DNA from: Euryarchaeota archaeon UBA124
GTDB lineage: Archaea > Thermoplasmatota > Poseidoniia > Poseidoniales > Poseidoniaceae
Direction of reading: 5' to 3'
Length of the DNA: 53,792 nucleotides
Assembly: GCA_002502215.1 (NCBI GenBank)
Contig: DAPT01000102.1
Location: forward strand, 1 to 53,792
Shown: positions 8,174 through 15,715 of the stretch, in pieces
Position numbering within the stretch: the stretch's first letter is position 1
Layout: every line of letters starts with the position of its first letter
Program-made: the position numbers and the translations under genes
The notes under the pieces: model-generated
Told to the model about the DNA's origin: nothing
What the model saw: only the letters and a program-made list of their open reading frames with translations
Database searches by the model: none

Positions 8174-9976
8174 CTAGAGACCAAAGATTGAGGAGGCACC
8201 CTCAAGCAAGACAGCTGTAATCCACGATGTGATGCCAGCTATCCAAAGCAATTGAATGGCTTGGCCAGCAGCGCTTGTTTTCCCACCACCACGCAAGCGT
8301 GTAGCAATTGCAGAAACCGCAACAATTTGGCCTATGATTAGAATCGATACAATGACCTTGAACATGCGGATGTTATCATCAACAGAGGATGCATCTTCCA
8401 TAACGGGTAAAGCAATACCGCCTCCGAAGTCCTGCAAAGCACCGACATCGGTTGACGCAAGACCCGTTGCTACACCGGCAATCGCTTCACCAAGTTGCAA
8501 AACAATCGAGATGGTGACGTTAAGGGATGTTACGCTAGCAATAAGCAATCCCAATGCTACACCCCACATTGTGTTTGCAGAGAGGGATCTACGTCGCCTT
8601 AGTGAGAGGAGGTTACCGACAGAACGTGATACCATTTCTGCAGTCTGAGCTGGTTTACCTGAGGATTGAGACCCTTCAATGTAAATTCGGGTGTATCGAG
8701 AAATGACCGCTGAATTGGTGTCTGCGTTGAAGTAATCCCATGCTCGGTCTGAGTCAATTCGAGTTGCAAGGCGGCGTTCGAGCCGGTCAATCGATGCGTC
8801 GAGCATACCAAAATCAACACCACGTAATGCTTTGATGGTCGCTGAAGGCTCTGCGCTTCGGGCTTGGGCTGTACCTCCCAGTGCGCGTATAAAGTCGGGA
8901 TATGCTCCGTCACGTCGTTGTACGTATGCTTCTTCTCGACCGATCAGCCATGCAGGAATCAGCATCGGTGAAAGAGGTGCTGCAAGAAGAATGAGTCCAT
9001 ATCGATCCCATTGAGAGCTGATTTCCTGCCACGTTGAGATAACAACAAAAATCGTGACGAGAAGGAGTACCAATGATACAGCTCCTGCTGACAAAATCGA
9101 ACGCGTGAAATTGACTCGGAAAGGAGTATCCAATTCGTCACGGGCAAAGATGAGGTCACGTGGAATTGTGGCCCGAAACGCCAGCATGGCCCCCACTTGT
9201 ATAATGATAAACATCAGAGAAGCGAGCAGGAGGAAACGTAGACGAGATGCAACTTCAATTGGAGTATCGTTGGCCCCGCCAACCTCGAAGAGAACAAGAT
9301 GTATCCCTGCAATGACCAGTCCAAAGAGTCCTGCAGTAACCAGTGAGACATAGATTTCTTGCATCGTATCAACACTCTCCAGTCGCGTATCATAGAGCGT
9401 ATTGTACTGTTCAGCAACCGTTTCCTGTTCGGATCTCATGAATTCGTCAATTGGTTGACCTGCTTCAATTGAAAACGCCATTCGATCGAGGAAATCAGTC
9501 CATAGCGGACTCGGACTTTGTTGTGCGACGATGCGTGCAGCTTCCGGAAGGGATGTATGCCACTTGTCAACAAGCGTTTCGATGCGCTGAACCTCGGAAG
9601 CAAGTTCGCCATAATCACGCATTTGTTTGAGGATATCGAAAATGGATTGCGCACCCACCTCTCCAAGGGAAAGGATACCCATTCGCGTGATGAACATGTG
9701 CATTTCTCGCTCAATGAGGTTCGCAGACCGACTCACCTCAAGCAGAGGAAAGGCAAATGCTCCAAATGCAGCAAGAATTGGGAGAAGAAACAGAAGAAGC
9801 ACGCCTGATAAACCAGCAAAAAGAGCGCCATCGGCGAATCCACCGGTAATGAAAATCAGCAGCAGTGATGCGAGTAGGCCACCAACAAAAGCGCCTCCTA
9901 CGTACAGTGTAACGAAACGAGCCACCGGCATCTCAAGCCGACGGATGGCAATCTGCCACATCGGCATTCGTTCCAA
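8174..9976 (-). CDS. arlJ: Archaellum assembly platform membrane protein ArlJ (FlaJ)
   Basis: 600-aa polytopic membrane protein with two cytoplasmic T2SS-F-like domains, lying directly after arlI. TTG start 9976 sits 9 nt after the GGAGG core. Confidence 0.85.
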   Translation of the reverse strand: MERMPMWQIAIRRLEMPVARFVTLYVGGAFVGGLLASLLLIFITGGFADGALFAGLSGVLLLFLLPILAAFGAFAFPLLEVSRSANLIEREMHMFITRMGILSLGEVGAQSIFDILKQMRDYGELASEVQRIETLVDKWHTSLPEAARIVAQQSPSPLWTDFLDRMAFSIEAGQPIDEFMRSEQETVAEQYNTLYDTRLESVDTMQEIYVSLVTAGLFGLVIAGIHLVLFEVGGANDTPIEVASRLRFLLLASLMFIIIQVGAMLAFRATIPRDLIFARDELDTPFRVNFTRSILSAGAVSLVLLLVTIFVVISTWQEISSQWDRYGLILLAAPLSPMLIPAWLIGREEAYVQRRDGAYPDFIRALGGTAQARSAEPSATIKALRGVDFGMLDASIDRLERRLATRIDSDRAWDYFNADTNSAVISRYTRIYIEGSQSSGKPAQTAEMVSRSVGNLLSLRRRRSLSANTMWGVALGLLIASVTSLNVTISIVLQLGEAIAGVATGLASTDVGALQDFGGGIALPVMEDASSVDDNIRMFKVIVSILIIGQIVAVSAIATRLRGGGKTSAAGQAIQLLWIAGITSWITAVLLEGASSIFGL

Positions 9977-9983
9977 CGTTCAT

Positions 9984-9993
9984 TCCCTCCTCA
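9984..9993 (-). promoter_or_regulatory. Stop-fused Shine-Dalgarno (TGAGGAGGGA) before arlJ
   Basis: Reverse complement TGAGGAGGGA. The TGA is the arlI stop. TTG 9976 lies 9 nt after the GGAGG core. Confidence 0.6.
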
Positions 9994-11709
9994 CTTGTGG
10001 TTGACGCCGACCCATGAATCAACGGCGCTGTCAAAATATTCCCAACCACTGTTGTAGTAAATATTCAGTAGATCGAAGACATCATCGTAATGGGTCAAAT
10101 CGCGATCTGCCATTCGCTCAATCGCAGCAGCACGTCGCAACATTTCATCGTAGATGTCACGCTTGTTCGCAAACCCTGCCATTGCAGCAATTTTGTTTTC
10201 AAGCAAGTGTGATTGGAACATACCTCGGAAGTAATGTTTGTCTTTGACCGGGTCCCATTCAAACATTCCTCTGGTCAATACACCATCGCTGTGTTTGTTG
10301 TATCCGATGACCTCGTCAATACCTGTAATTCGTCGGGCAATTCCTCCACCAGGTGCTTCGACAACTTCTTGGAAAATTGCAAAATTAAGGTTGTCGAAGA
10401 AACGGATTGGCACGTTGATCGGATCCCCTGTGAAACGTTGAATCATTTTGACGATGGAAGATGCGTGGAATGTAGCGATAACTGGGTGGCCTGTCTGCAT
10501 CGCTTGGAAGGCTGTTGCACCCTCTACACCACGTATCTCACCAATGATGATGTAACGTGGACGAGAACGCAAAGCGGCTTTGAGAAGATCGAACATCTCA
10601 ACACGTGAATCCTCATTTTTCGAATCACGTGTAACGAGGCGCTGCCAAATCTTGTGACGTACCTTCACTTCAGGTGTATCCTCTGCGGAATAAATCTTGA
10701 CGTTATGGTCAATAAAGGGAAGGATTGCATTTAGCGTTGTTGTCTTACCCGATGCTGTCTCACCAGATACCAGAACGGACATACCGTACTCCAAACAAAT
10801 CCAAATGTATGCTGCTTGTTGGGCACTCATTGTACCCCATTTTATGAGTTGAATAACGGATATTGTTTCTTCAGCGAATTTACGTATCGTGAAAGACGGT
10901 CCCAACATCGAGACGTCGTCTGAGAAAATGATGTTGATACGGGATCCATCGAGGAGTGCACCATCGATGATTGGCTTGTTGTCCGAAACAGGTCGACCGA
11001 TACGCTCAGACATGGCTCGAAGATATCGGGTAAGAATTTCGCGCTCTCTGAATCGGATGTTGGATGTAACCATCCCGAAGACCTTGTGATCCATGTGAAT
11101 GTGCTTCAATCCCACCGAGTGGATATCTTCCAGCATCTCATCGGACAGCAGAGTTTCAAGTGGGCCATTTCGGATCAAATCACGGATAACGATGTACCGC
11201 AGTCTATCACGTTGTGCATCCGAGACAACAATTCGCTTGTCGTCCAATCCGACCAGTTCCCAAATACGTCCACGACGCCTTGAGACGATGCTTGCTTCAG
11301 ATTGGGAAATCGTAAACCTGTCAATCATTTGGCCAAGGATGGTCTCAAATTCAGAATCTGTGGTAAATGAAGGGGCTGAGGGTGCTTCTTGAAGAAGTGT
11401 CTCAACCAAGTCACGGCGGAGGTTTTCCTCCTCTTCGTTCAATTGAGGTTCCAATCCAAACCAGAGAATTTGTCCCCCACCATCCTCGTCACTTGGAGGT
11501 TCATAGATGTGTACGAAGACCGGTTCTTTGGTAATGTAAATCAAATTGAGTGGGCGTTGTTTCCGAGCTCCACGATCGAGCGGACCATAGTAGATTGGAC
11601 GTGAGCCGTATCGCTTCTCAAAGTCACGAACCCAGTCTCCAACGTGACTGTGCGCAGCCATGACGCCTGCAAGGTCGCCTCGTTGAAATTTGAGTTCTTC
11701 ATCAGCCAT
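9991..11709 (-). CDS. arlI: Archaellum motor/assembly ATPase ArlI (FlaI)
   Basis: VirB11/GspE-type ATPase with Walker A SGETASGKTT, Walker B YIIIGEIRG and the His box ATFHA. Size and position are typical of FlaI. Confidence 0.95.
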   Translation of the reverse strand: MADEELKFQRGDLAGVMAAHSHVGDWVRDFEKRYGSRPIYYGPLDRGARKQRPLNLIYITKEPVFVHIYEPPSDEDGGGQILWFGLEPQLNEEEENLRRDLVETLLQEAPSAPSFTTDSEFETILGQMIDRFTISQSEASIVSRRRGRIWELVGLDDKRIVVSDAQRDRLRYIVIRDLIRNGPLETLLSDEMLEDIHSVGLKHIHMDHKVFGMVTSNIRFREREILTRYLRAMSERIGRPVSDNKPIIDGALLDGSRINIIFSDDVSMLGPSFTIRKFAEETISVIQLIKWGTMSAQQAAYIWICLEYGMSVLVSGETASGKTTTLNAILPFIDHNVKIYSAEDTPEVKVRHKIWQRLVTRDSKNEDSRVEMFDLLKAALRSRPRYIIIGEIRGVEGATAFQAMQTGHPVIATFHASSIVKMIQRFTGDPINVPIRFFDNLNFAIFQEVVEAPGGGIARRITGIDEVIGYNKHSDGVLTRGMFEWDPVKDKHYFRGMFQSHLLENKIAAMAGFANKRDIYDEMLRRAAAIERMADRDLTHYDDVFDLLNIYYNSGWEYFDSAVDSWVGVNHK

Positions 11710-11713
11710 AATT

Positions 11714-11721
11714 TCACCTCA
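11714..11721 (-). promoter_or_regulatory. Stop-fused Shine-Dalgarno (TGAGGTGA) before arlI
   Basis: Reverse complement TGAGGTGA followed by AATT and ATG 11709. The TGA is the arlH stop. Confidence 0.75.
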
Positions 11722-12444
11722 GCTTACCGCCGTAATGTCGACAATGAAGCCCATTCCTGGTTCAACACGCCAACCTATGGACGATTGAACCGGCCCTGCA
11801 GCACGCAAGTAGCGTGTGACGAGGAGTGTGCGCTTCAAGTCACCACCAATCAAATTGGTCGATAGGTCAAGAACAACTTCAGCACTCGCTCGAAGCGAAT
11901 GCAAGAGTTTTGCATCCATTTCATCTCGATCGAGCATCAGCATAAGGCTTCGTCCTGTTGACGCAATCCTGCGCAGGCGCTGAATCATGTCAAAGCGTGC
12001 TTGGTCATCCATACCGCCTGGCATCAGTGAACTCGCTGAATCAATAACAACAATGTCGGCCTCTTCAAGCGCTTCGCTTGCAAGAACCTCATCCAGACCA
12101 ACATTGGGAATTGGATCTGCGACGGTACCAAAACGAGAAAAGATCATCAGATTTCCTTTGGTCAAGGCATCCGTAACACCGTAACCGATTGATTCCATTT
12201 GTTCGATGTATCCTCGTGTTGTAAGTTCAGTTGTAATAACAAGAACCTTCACATCATTGTGGAGCAAACCATGAACGAATCGTTGACTGACAAGCGATTT
12301 TCCGGCCCCAACCTCTCCTTGAAGCAAGATGAGACTACGATTTGGCAAGCGCAGACCAAGTGAATCAGCCAGACTGTCCGTCTCAACATCGTATGGAAAA
12401 CCATCTTCGATGGGTTTTGGTTTCTCTGAGAGTCGCTCAACCAT
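11719..12444 (-). CDS. arlH: Archaellum KaiC/RecA-like ATP-binding protein ArlH (FlaH)
   Basis: Walker A GEVGAGKS, RecA-like core (IVVIDSAS), about 240 aa, positioned between arlG and arlI. Confidence 0.88.
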   Translation of the reverse strand: MVERLSEKPKPIEDGFPYDVETDSLADSLGLRLPNRSLILLQGEVGAGKSLVSQRFVHGLLHNDVKVLVITTELTTRGYIEQMESIGYGVTDALTKGNLMIFSRFGTVADPIPNVGLDEVLASEALEEADIVVIDSASSLMPGGMDDQARFDMIQRLRRIASTGRSLMLMLDRDEMDAKLLHSLRASAEVVLDLSTNLIGGDLKRTLLVTRYLRAAGPVQSSIGWRVEPGMGFIVDITAVS

Positions 12445-12931
12445 GCAATCGCACCTCCACTGACATTGAGTCTGAGCCGCGATAACCGTTGGTTACCTCA
12501 GAGGATACGACAGCTGTAATCGAGACATCATCGCCTGATTGATAGGACCATCCATTATCACTCACGGTCACTTGCAAGAGATGATCTTCATCCCATTCAC
12601 CTGTAGCAGGTACAAGCGAGGATACGATCGATGAGGTCACGGTTTGACCATCAACAATCACAACCAACGTCGATGAATCCAACAATGTGGTTCCAGTATT
12701 TTGTAAGTAGAAGGTAATCTCGTTTGGTGATGCAGTCGTGTCCAAATCAACCATCATTGGATCACCTGCGAAATCAACGCTTGTGGCTTCTTGCACCTCA
12801 ATTGCTGCAGTTTCCTGTGCAGTAATCTGAGCGATGTCACCCCATTGATTGATGAGGACAACGCTCACCAAACCTGAAACGAGCAATGCTGTTGTCAGGA
12901 AAATAAACGATGATGCTCCGCCGTCAGCCAT
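12437..12931 (-). CDS. arlG: Archaellum stator-associated protein ArlG (FlaG)-like
   Basis: N-terminal archaellin-like hydrophobic helix (SSFIFLTTALLVSGLVSVVL) followed by a beta-rich domain (FYLQNTGTTLL, VVIVDG). Occupies the canonical position before arlH. Confidence 0.6.
   Translation of the reverse strand: MADGGASSFIFLTTALLVSGLVSVVLINQWGDIAQITAQETAAIEVQEATSVDFAGDPMMVDLDTTASPNEITFYLQNTGTTLLDSSTLVVIVDGQTVTSSIVSSLVPATGEWDEDHLLQVTVSDNGWSYQSGDDVSITAVVSSEVTNGYRGSDSMSVEVRLHG
12452..12458 (-). promoter_or_regulatory. Shine-Dalgarno (GGAGGTG) before arlH, inside arlG
   Basis: Reverse complement GGAGGTG, 7 nt before ATG 12444. arlH and arlG overlap as ATGGTTGA (12437..12444). Confidence 0.7.
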
Positions 12932-12935
12932 AGTA

Positions 12936-12943
12936 TCTCCTCA
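12936..12943 (-). promoter_or_regulatory. Stop-fused Shine-Dalgarno (TGAGGAGA) before arlG
   Basis: Reverse complement TGAGGAGA followed by TACT and ATG 12931. The TGA is the arlF stop. Confidence 0.7.
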
Positions 12944-13600
12944 TGCTAGTGTATGGGCCGCCGTCATGCCGCCTGCGGTAAGGGAGATCCGTTCGTACGT
13001 CGTCGGTCCGTCTTCGGACCAATCGAGGAAGATTGTTTCTCCGGGGTACCAGTTCGTGCTGCTAATCGATGGTGTGTAAGCCGAACCCAAGTTTGTCGGT
13101 GTCTGGGAGGTGCCTCCATCGAGGAAGAGCCAGACCTCTCGTAGGGGTAGCGTTACAGTTCCAGTGTTGGTAAGATTGCCGTAGATGTGATTTCCAATGT
13201 CGGAGCTGAGCGAGGCCGTAACACTCACACCGGATTGTCCAGACGGATCGACTGTGATTGTAGGAGGGGACGAGTAATTGCCGCGACTGGTGATTGTCAC
13301 GGTTTCTATTCCTCCTGCTGAATCGACAGTAAACGTTCCAGAGAATCCGCTTCCTGTTCCTGTTGCAACCAACGTTCCATCCACGTATCCACTTCCGTTG
13401 TTGTTGATGTTGATGGTGAGTACAGCACCTTCCCAGAGGGTAGTATCATCGATACGGAATGACGGTAAAGGGTCTCCAGCATCATCGATGGCCTCGAGGC
13501 TAGCATCCAAGCGGTTGTCGAGCGTCTGCACTGCAAGTGCAAAAACCAACAACAACGAGGTACCAACAACGAGAGCACCAACACCTACCGAAGCACCCAT
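12941..13600 (-). CDS. arlF: Archaellum stator-associated protein ArlF (FlaF)-like
   Basis: N-terminal hydrophobic helix (GVGALVVGTSLLLVFALAV), beta-rich ectodomain, WYPGETIFLDW near the C-terminus. Occupies the canonical position before arlG. Longer than typical FlaF. Confidence 0.55.
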   Translation of the reverse strand: MGASVGVGALVVGTSLLLVFALAVQTLDNRLDASLEAIDDAGDPLPSFRIDDTTLWEGAVLTININNNGSGYVDGTLVATGTGSGFSGTFTVDSAGGIETVTITSRGNYSSPPTITVDPSGQSGVSVTASLSSDIGNHIYGNLTNTGTVTLPLREVWLFLDGGTSQTPTNLGSAYTPSISSTNWYPGETIFLDWSEDGPTTYERISLTAGGMTAAHTLA

Positions 13601-13603
13601 TGA

Positions 13604-13613
13604 TCATTCCTCC
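13604..13613 (-). promoter_or_regulatory. Shine-Dalgarno (GGAGGAATGA) before arlF, with the upstream stop codon at its 3' end
   Basis: Reverse complement GGAGGAATGA followed by TCA and ATG 13600. The TGA is the stop of 13604..14449. Confidence 0.7.
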
Positions 13614-14449
13614 GATTTCATTGATTGTGAACGCCAAGATTCAACAATCGCTGAAAAGGTAAGCAGTTTGCGATGCGAAAGATGGTCGTTTAATGCCGAT
13701 TCTGCCTCACCAGGTGCGGCCAACTGAACGATTGCGAGGACTGCTCGCCCTTCGTCTTCGCTCAGCATCCCGCTCTGAACAGCCTTCTGAGCAAAACTCA
13801 CGGCTGCCATCCCAGAGAGATTATCCAGCAACAGTGCGGCAACCATTGCCGCACCTACGCCATCGTTCGCAGCTTGCTCGTAGGAACCCTTCGCTAGGAA
13901 GGGATTCGCTGCAAGAGCCTGCGCCTCATACAATTCAACAAGGCGTGCTTCATCGGATTGTCGCAATCGATCGACGCCGTCGCCTACAGGAAGAACTTCT
14001 CCATCTGCAGTTACGATGGTATCGCCTTCTGCTCCATCAACGGAAACAACATCATCACCGGTGCCTTCAGCGAAATCTTCCTCGCCTTCAACAGCAGGTG
14101 CAACGTTTGCTTGCTCCATCTTGTTTGAAATCAGTCCAAGCACATCTTCGACCATGTCGAGACGGCTACTGATCATACGTTCCAGTCCAGATGTATCCAC
14201 CTGAGCGTTGACGGGTGCTGCCGGTTGAGGCGCTAGCGTCGCTGCTACAGATGGTACAGATCCTATACTGTTCAATCGTGCTCGAGTCGGACCGGGGGAT
14301 ATGGTCCATGCATCCTCTTCACTCAACTCCCCTTGTTCAGGGAGTGGCACTTGTTCAATGGCCACATTGGCCATAATCTTCAAGCGCTCTTCTGCGAGTT
14401 CAGCGTCTGCGTCCCGGTCGTTCCCTGCATTGCCAAATGGCCATGCCAT
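13604..14449 (-). CDS. Acidic soluble archaellum accessory protein, ArlD/E (FlaD/E)-like by position
   Basis: Sits between the archaellins and arlF, where euryarchaeal flaC/D/E genes lie. Has no TM helix, a short coiled segment (LERMISSRLDMVEDVLGLISNKMEQ) and LYEAQALAANPFL. Homology not verified. Confidence 0.4.
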   Translation of the reverse strand: MAWPFGNAGNDRDADAELAEERLKIMANVAIEQVPLPEQGELSEEDAWTISPGPTRARLNSIGSVPSVAATLAPQPAAPVNAQVDTSGLERMISSRLDMVEDVLGLISNKMEQANVAPAVEGEEDFAEGTGDDVVSVDGAEGDTIVTADGEVLPVGDGVDRLRQSDEARLVELYEAQALAANPFLAKGSYEQAANDGVGAAMVAALLLDNLSGMAAVSFAQKAVQSGMLSEDEGRAVLAIVQLAAPGEAESALNDHLSHRKLLTFSAIVESWRSQSMKSEE

Positions 14450-14455
14450 GGAATA

Positions 14456-14462
14456 ACCTCCT
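14456..14462 (-). promoter_or_regulatory. Shine-Dalgarno (AGGAGGT) before the ArlD/E-like gene
   Basis: Reverse complement AGGAGGT, 6 nt before ATG 14449. It lies in the 3' arm of the hairpin 14457..14500. Confidence 0.7.
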
Positions 14463-14500
14463 GTGCTCGACCTGCTAGAAGCAAGTCATTGCACAGGGAG
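14457..14500 (-). promoter_or_regulatory. Interrupted RNA hairpin immediately 3' of the archaellin genes that occludes the next gene's SD
   Basis: Minus-strand RNA: CUCCCUGUGC-AAUGA-CUUGCU-UCU-AGCAGG-UCGA-GCACAGGAGG. The outer 7-bp stem is CCUGUGC/GCACAGG, with two more pairs after a mismatch. The inner 6-bp stem is CUUGCU/AGCAGG (one G-U pair) with a 3-nt loop. The 3' arm contains AGGAGG. Confidence 0.55.
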
Positions 14501-14502
14501 AC

Positions 14503-15081
14503 TCAGACCACCACTGCTCCAGCAGAGTCGTCGTTGACCTTGAGAACGTCGTAGGTTGTTCCACCGCCAACGACGTGGAGGTAGAGCGTTGCCTTGACGT
14601 TGTTCGTGAACAATGCGTTAGGACCGCAGTCACCGACTCCGTCATCTGCGGAAACGGTGGTTCTGTATCCCGTACCAGCAGCAGCAGTATTAACCGCAGC
14701 AGCGCCAGATAGTGGGTCAATTGCTGAATCGCCGAAATCGCCGGCGATTCGATCCATTCCTGCTGCACCATCATCACAGAAAATCTGGAAGAGGATGTCA
14801 GCGTCTGCCGTGTCATCGGAACCAGCAGCGAGTCTGAAGTAGACCTCGAAACTGGAATCGTCAGCAACAAAGACGTTGAGGACTTGGACTTTACCAGACA
14901 TTTCGTCAGTGGTATCGTCACCAGTGGATTGTGCGTTCTGTTGAAGCTTCTCTGCAGTCTGGATAATGACCGCAGCAGCGACAGCAGCAACAAGAATCAA
15001 TGCAATGAATACAATCATTGCACCAATACCGATTGCGGCTAGGTTATCGTTTTTCATGTTCTTATCTTGTGTATTCTTCAT
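14503..15081 (-). CDS. arlB: Archaellin (second copy)
   Basis: Class III signal peptide plus the conserved hydrophobic N-terminus AIGIGAMIVFIALILVAAVAAAVIIQTAEKLQQNAQ. ATG 15081 lies 5 nt after GAGGTGAT. Confidence 0.93.
   Translation of the reverse strand: MKNTQDKNMKNDNLAAIGIGAMIVFIALILVAAVAAAVIIQTAEKLQQNAQSTGDDTTDEMSGKVQVLNVFVADDSSFEVYFRLAAGSDDTADADILFQIFCDDGAAGMDRIAGDFGDSAIDPLSGAAAVNTAAAGTGYRTTVSADDGVGDCGPNALFTNNVKATLYLHVVGGGTTYDVLKVNDDSAGAVVV
14929..15039 (-). repeat. Conserved archaellin N-terminal segment (copy in arlB2), paralogous to 15513..15623
   Basis: 37 codons (AAIGIG...QQNAQ) encode an amino-acid sequence identical to the other copy, but about 17 codons differ at synonymous sites. 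Confidence 0.85.
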
Positions 15082-15086
15082 CTTTC

Positions 15087-15095
15087 ATCACCTCA
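15087..15095 (-). promoter_or_regulatory. Stop-fused Shine-Dalgarno (TGAGGTGAT) between the two archaellin genes
   Basis: Reverse complement TGAGGTGAT followed by GAAAG and ATG 15081. The TGA is the stop of the first archaellin. Confidence 0.75.
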
Positions 15096-15659
15096 GACTA
15101 CAACGTCTCCTACCGCCGGAGCGCTACCATATTGGAGTTCTTCGTATGTGGATCCGCCACCGATAACAGAGATCACAAGAATGTGGTCTGTGTTTGCAGT
15201 TGGGCCACAGGTTGGTACGTCAATGACAACAACATAGGTTGTTCCTGGATTCAATGTGATTCCAGCGACAGTTTCGCCGTTTCCATCGTGAGCAGTTGCT
15301 CCGCTGAAGTCACCATCATCGAATGCAGCACTGCCTGCACCATCATCACAAATGACAGTGAAAGCGAGGTCCGTACCTAGAATGGGTTCTGAACCGGGTG
15401 CCAACTCAAAGGTGGAGAAGAGTTCTTCTGCACCTCCGGTCATGTCGTCAATGACGGTCGAGAGCAGAATGACCTTTGTGGACATTTGCTCTTGGGTGTC
15501 GTCACCACTGGCTTGTGCGTTCTGTTGCAGCTTTTCAGCGGTCTGTATAATGACCGCAGCCGCTACTGCCGCAACCAGAATCAGCGCAATGAAGACAATC
15601 ATCGCACCAATACCGATCGCAGCAAGTTCGTCTTGCTTCGTTTCTTTTTCGGTTTTCAT
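15093..15659 (-). CDS. arlB: Archaellin (first copy)
   Basis: Same conserved N-terminus as the downstream copy. ATG 15659 (MKTEKETKQDELA/AIGIG) lies 5 nt after AGGTGA. The ORF track start 15668 is a GTG inside that SD. Confidence 0.93.
   Translation of the reverse strand: MKTEKETKQDELAAIGIGAMIVFIALILVAAVAAAVIIQTAEKLQQNAQASGDDTQEQMSTKVILLSTVIDDMTGGAEELFSTFELAPGSEPILGTDLAFTVICDDGAGSAAFDDGDFSGATAHDGNGETVAGITLNPGTTYVVVIDVPTCGPTANTDHILVISVIGGGSTYEELQYGSAPAVGDVVV
15513..15623 (-). repeat. Conserved archaellin N-terminal segment (copy in arlB1), paralogous to 14929..15039
   Basis: See the partner entry. Identical at the protein level, divergent at third codon positions. Confidence 0.85.
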
Positions 15660-15664
15660 TTTTT

Positions 15665-15670
15665 TCACCT
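15665..15670 (-). promoter_or_regulatory. Shine-Dalgarno (AGGTGA) before the first archaellin
   Basis: Reverse complement AAAAAGGTGAAAAAAATG, giving 5 nt of spacing to ATG 15659. Confidence 0.6.
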
Positions 15671-15682
15671 TTTTTTACTCGT

Positions 15683-15702
15683 CCTCCCTCAAGTGAGGGT
15701 GG
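15683..15702 (-). promoter_or_regulatory. Short GC-rich hairpin in the spacer upstream of the first archaellin
   Basis: Minus-strand RNA CCACCCUC-ACUU-GAGGGAGG: a 5-bp perfect stem CCCUC/GAGGG, a mismatch, two more G-C pairs, and a tetraloop. Confidence 0.4.
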
Positions 15703-15715
15703 AATGGGATGTGGG

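Noticed and set aside
14475-14993. 172-aa same-strand alternative-frame ORF overlapping almost all of arlB2
   Set aside because: The archaellin frame has the diagnostic conserved N-terminus and an SD. The alternative frame gives a Ser/Leu/Thr/Arg-rich sequence that looks like frame-shifted noise.
14929-15623. The two archaellin genes as a very recent duplication or gene-conversion tract
   Set aside because: The 37-codon identical protein segment differs at about 17 synonymous positions, and the C-terminal two thirds are strongly diverged. This is an old duplication under purifying selection, not a recent repeat.
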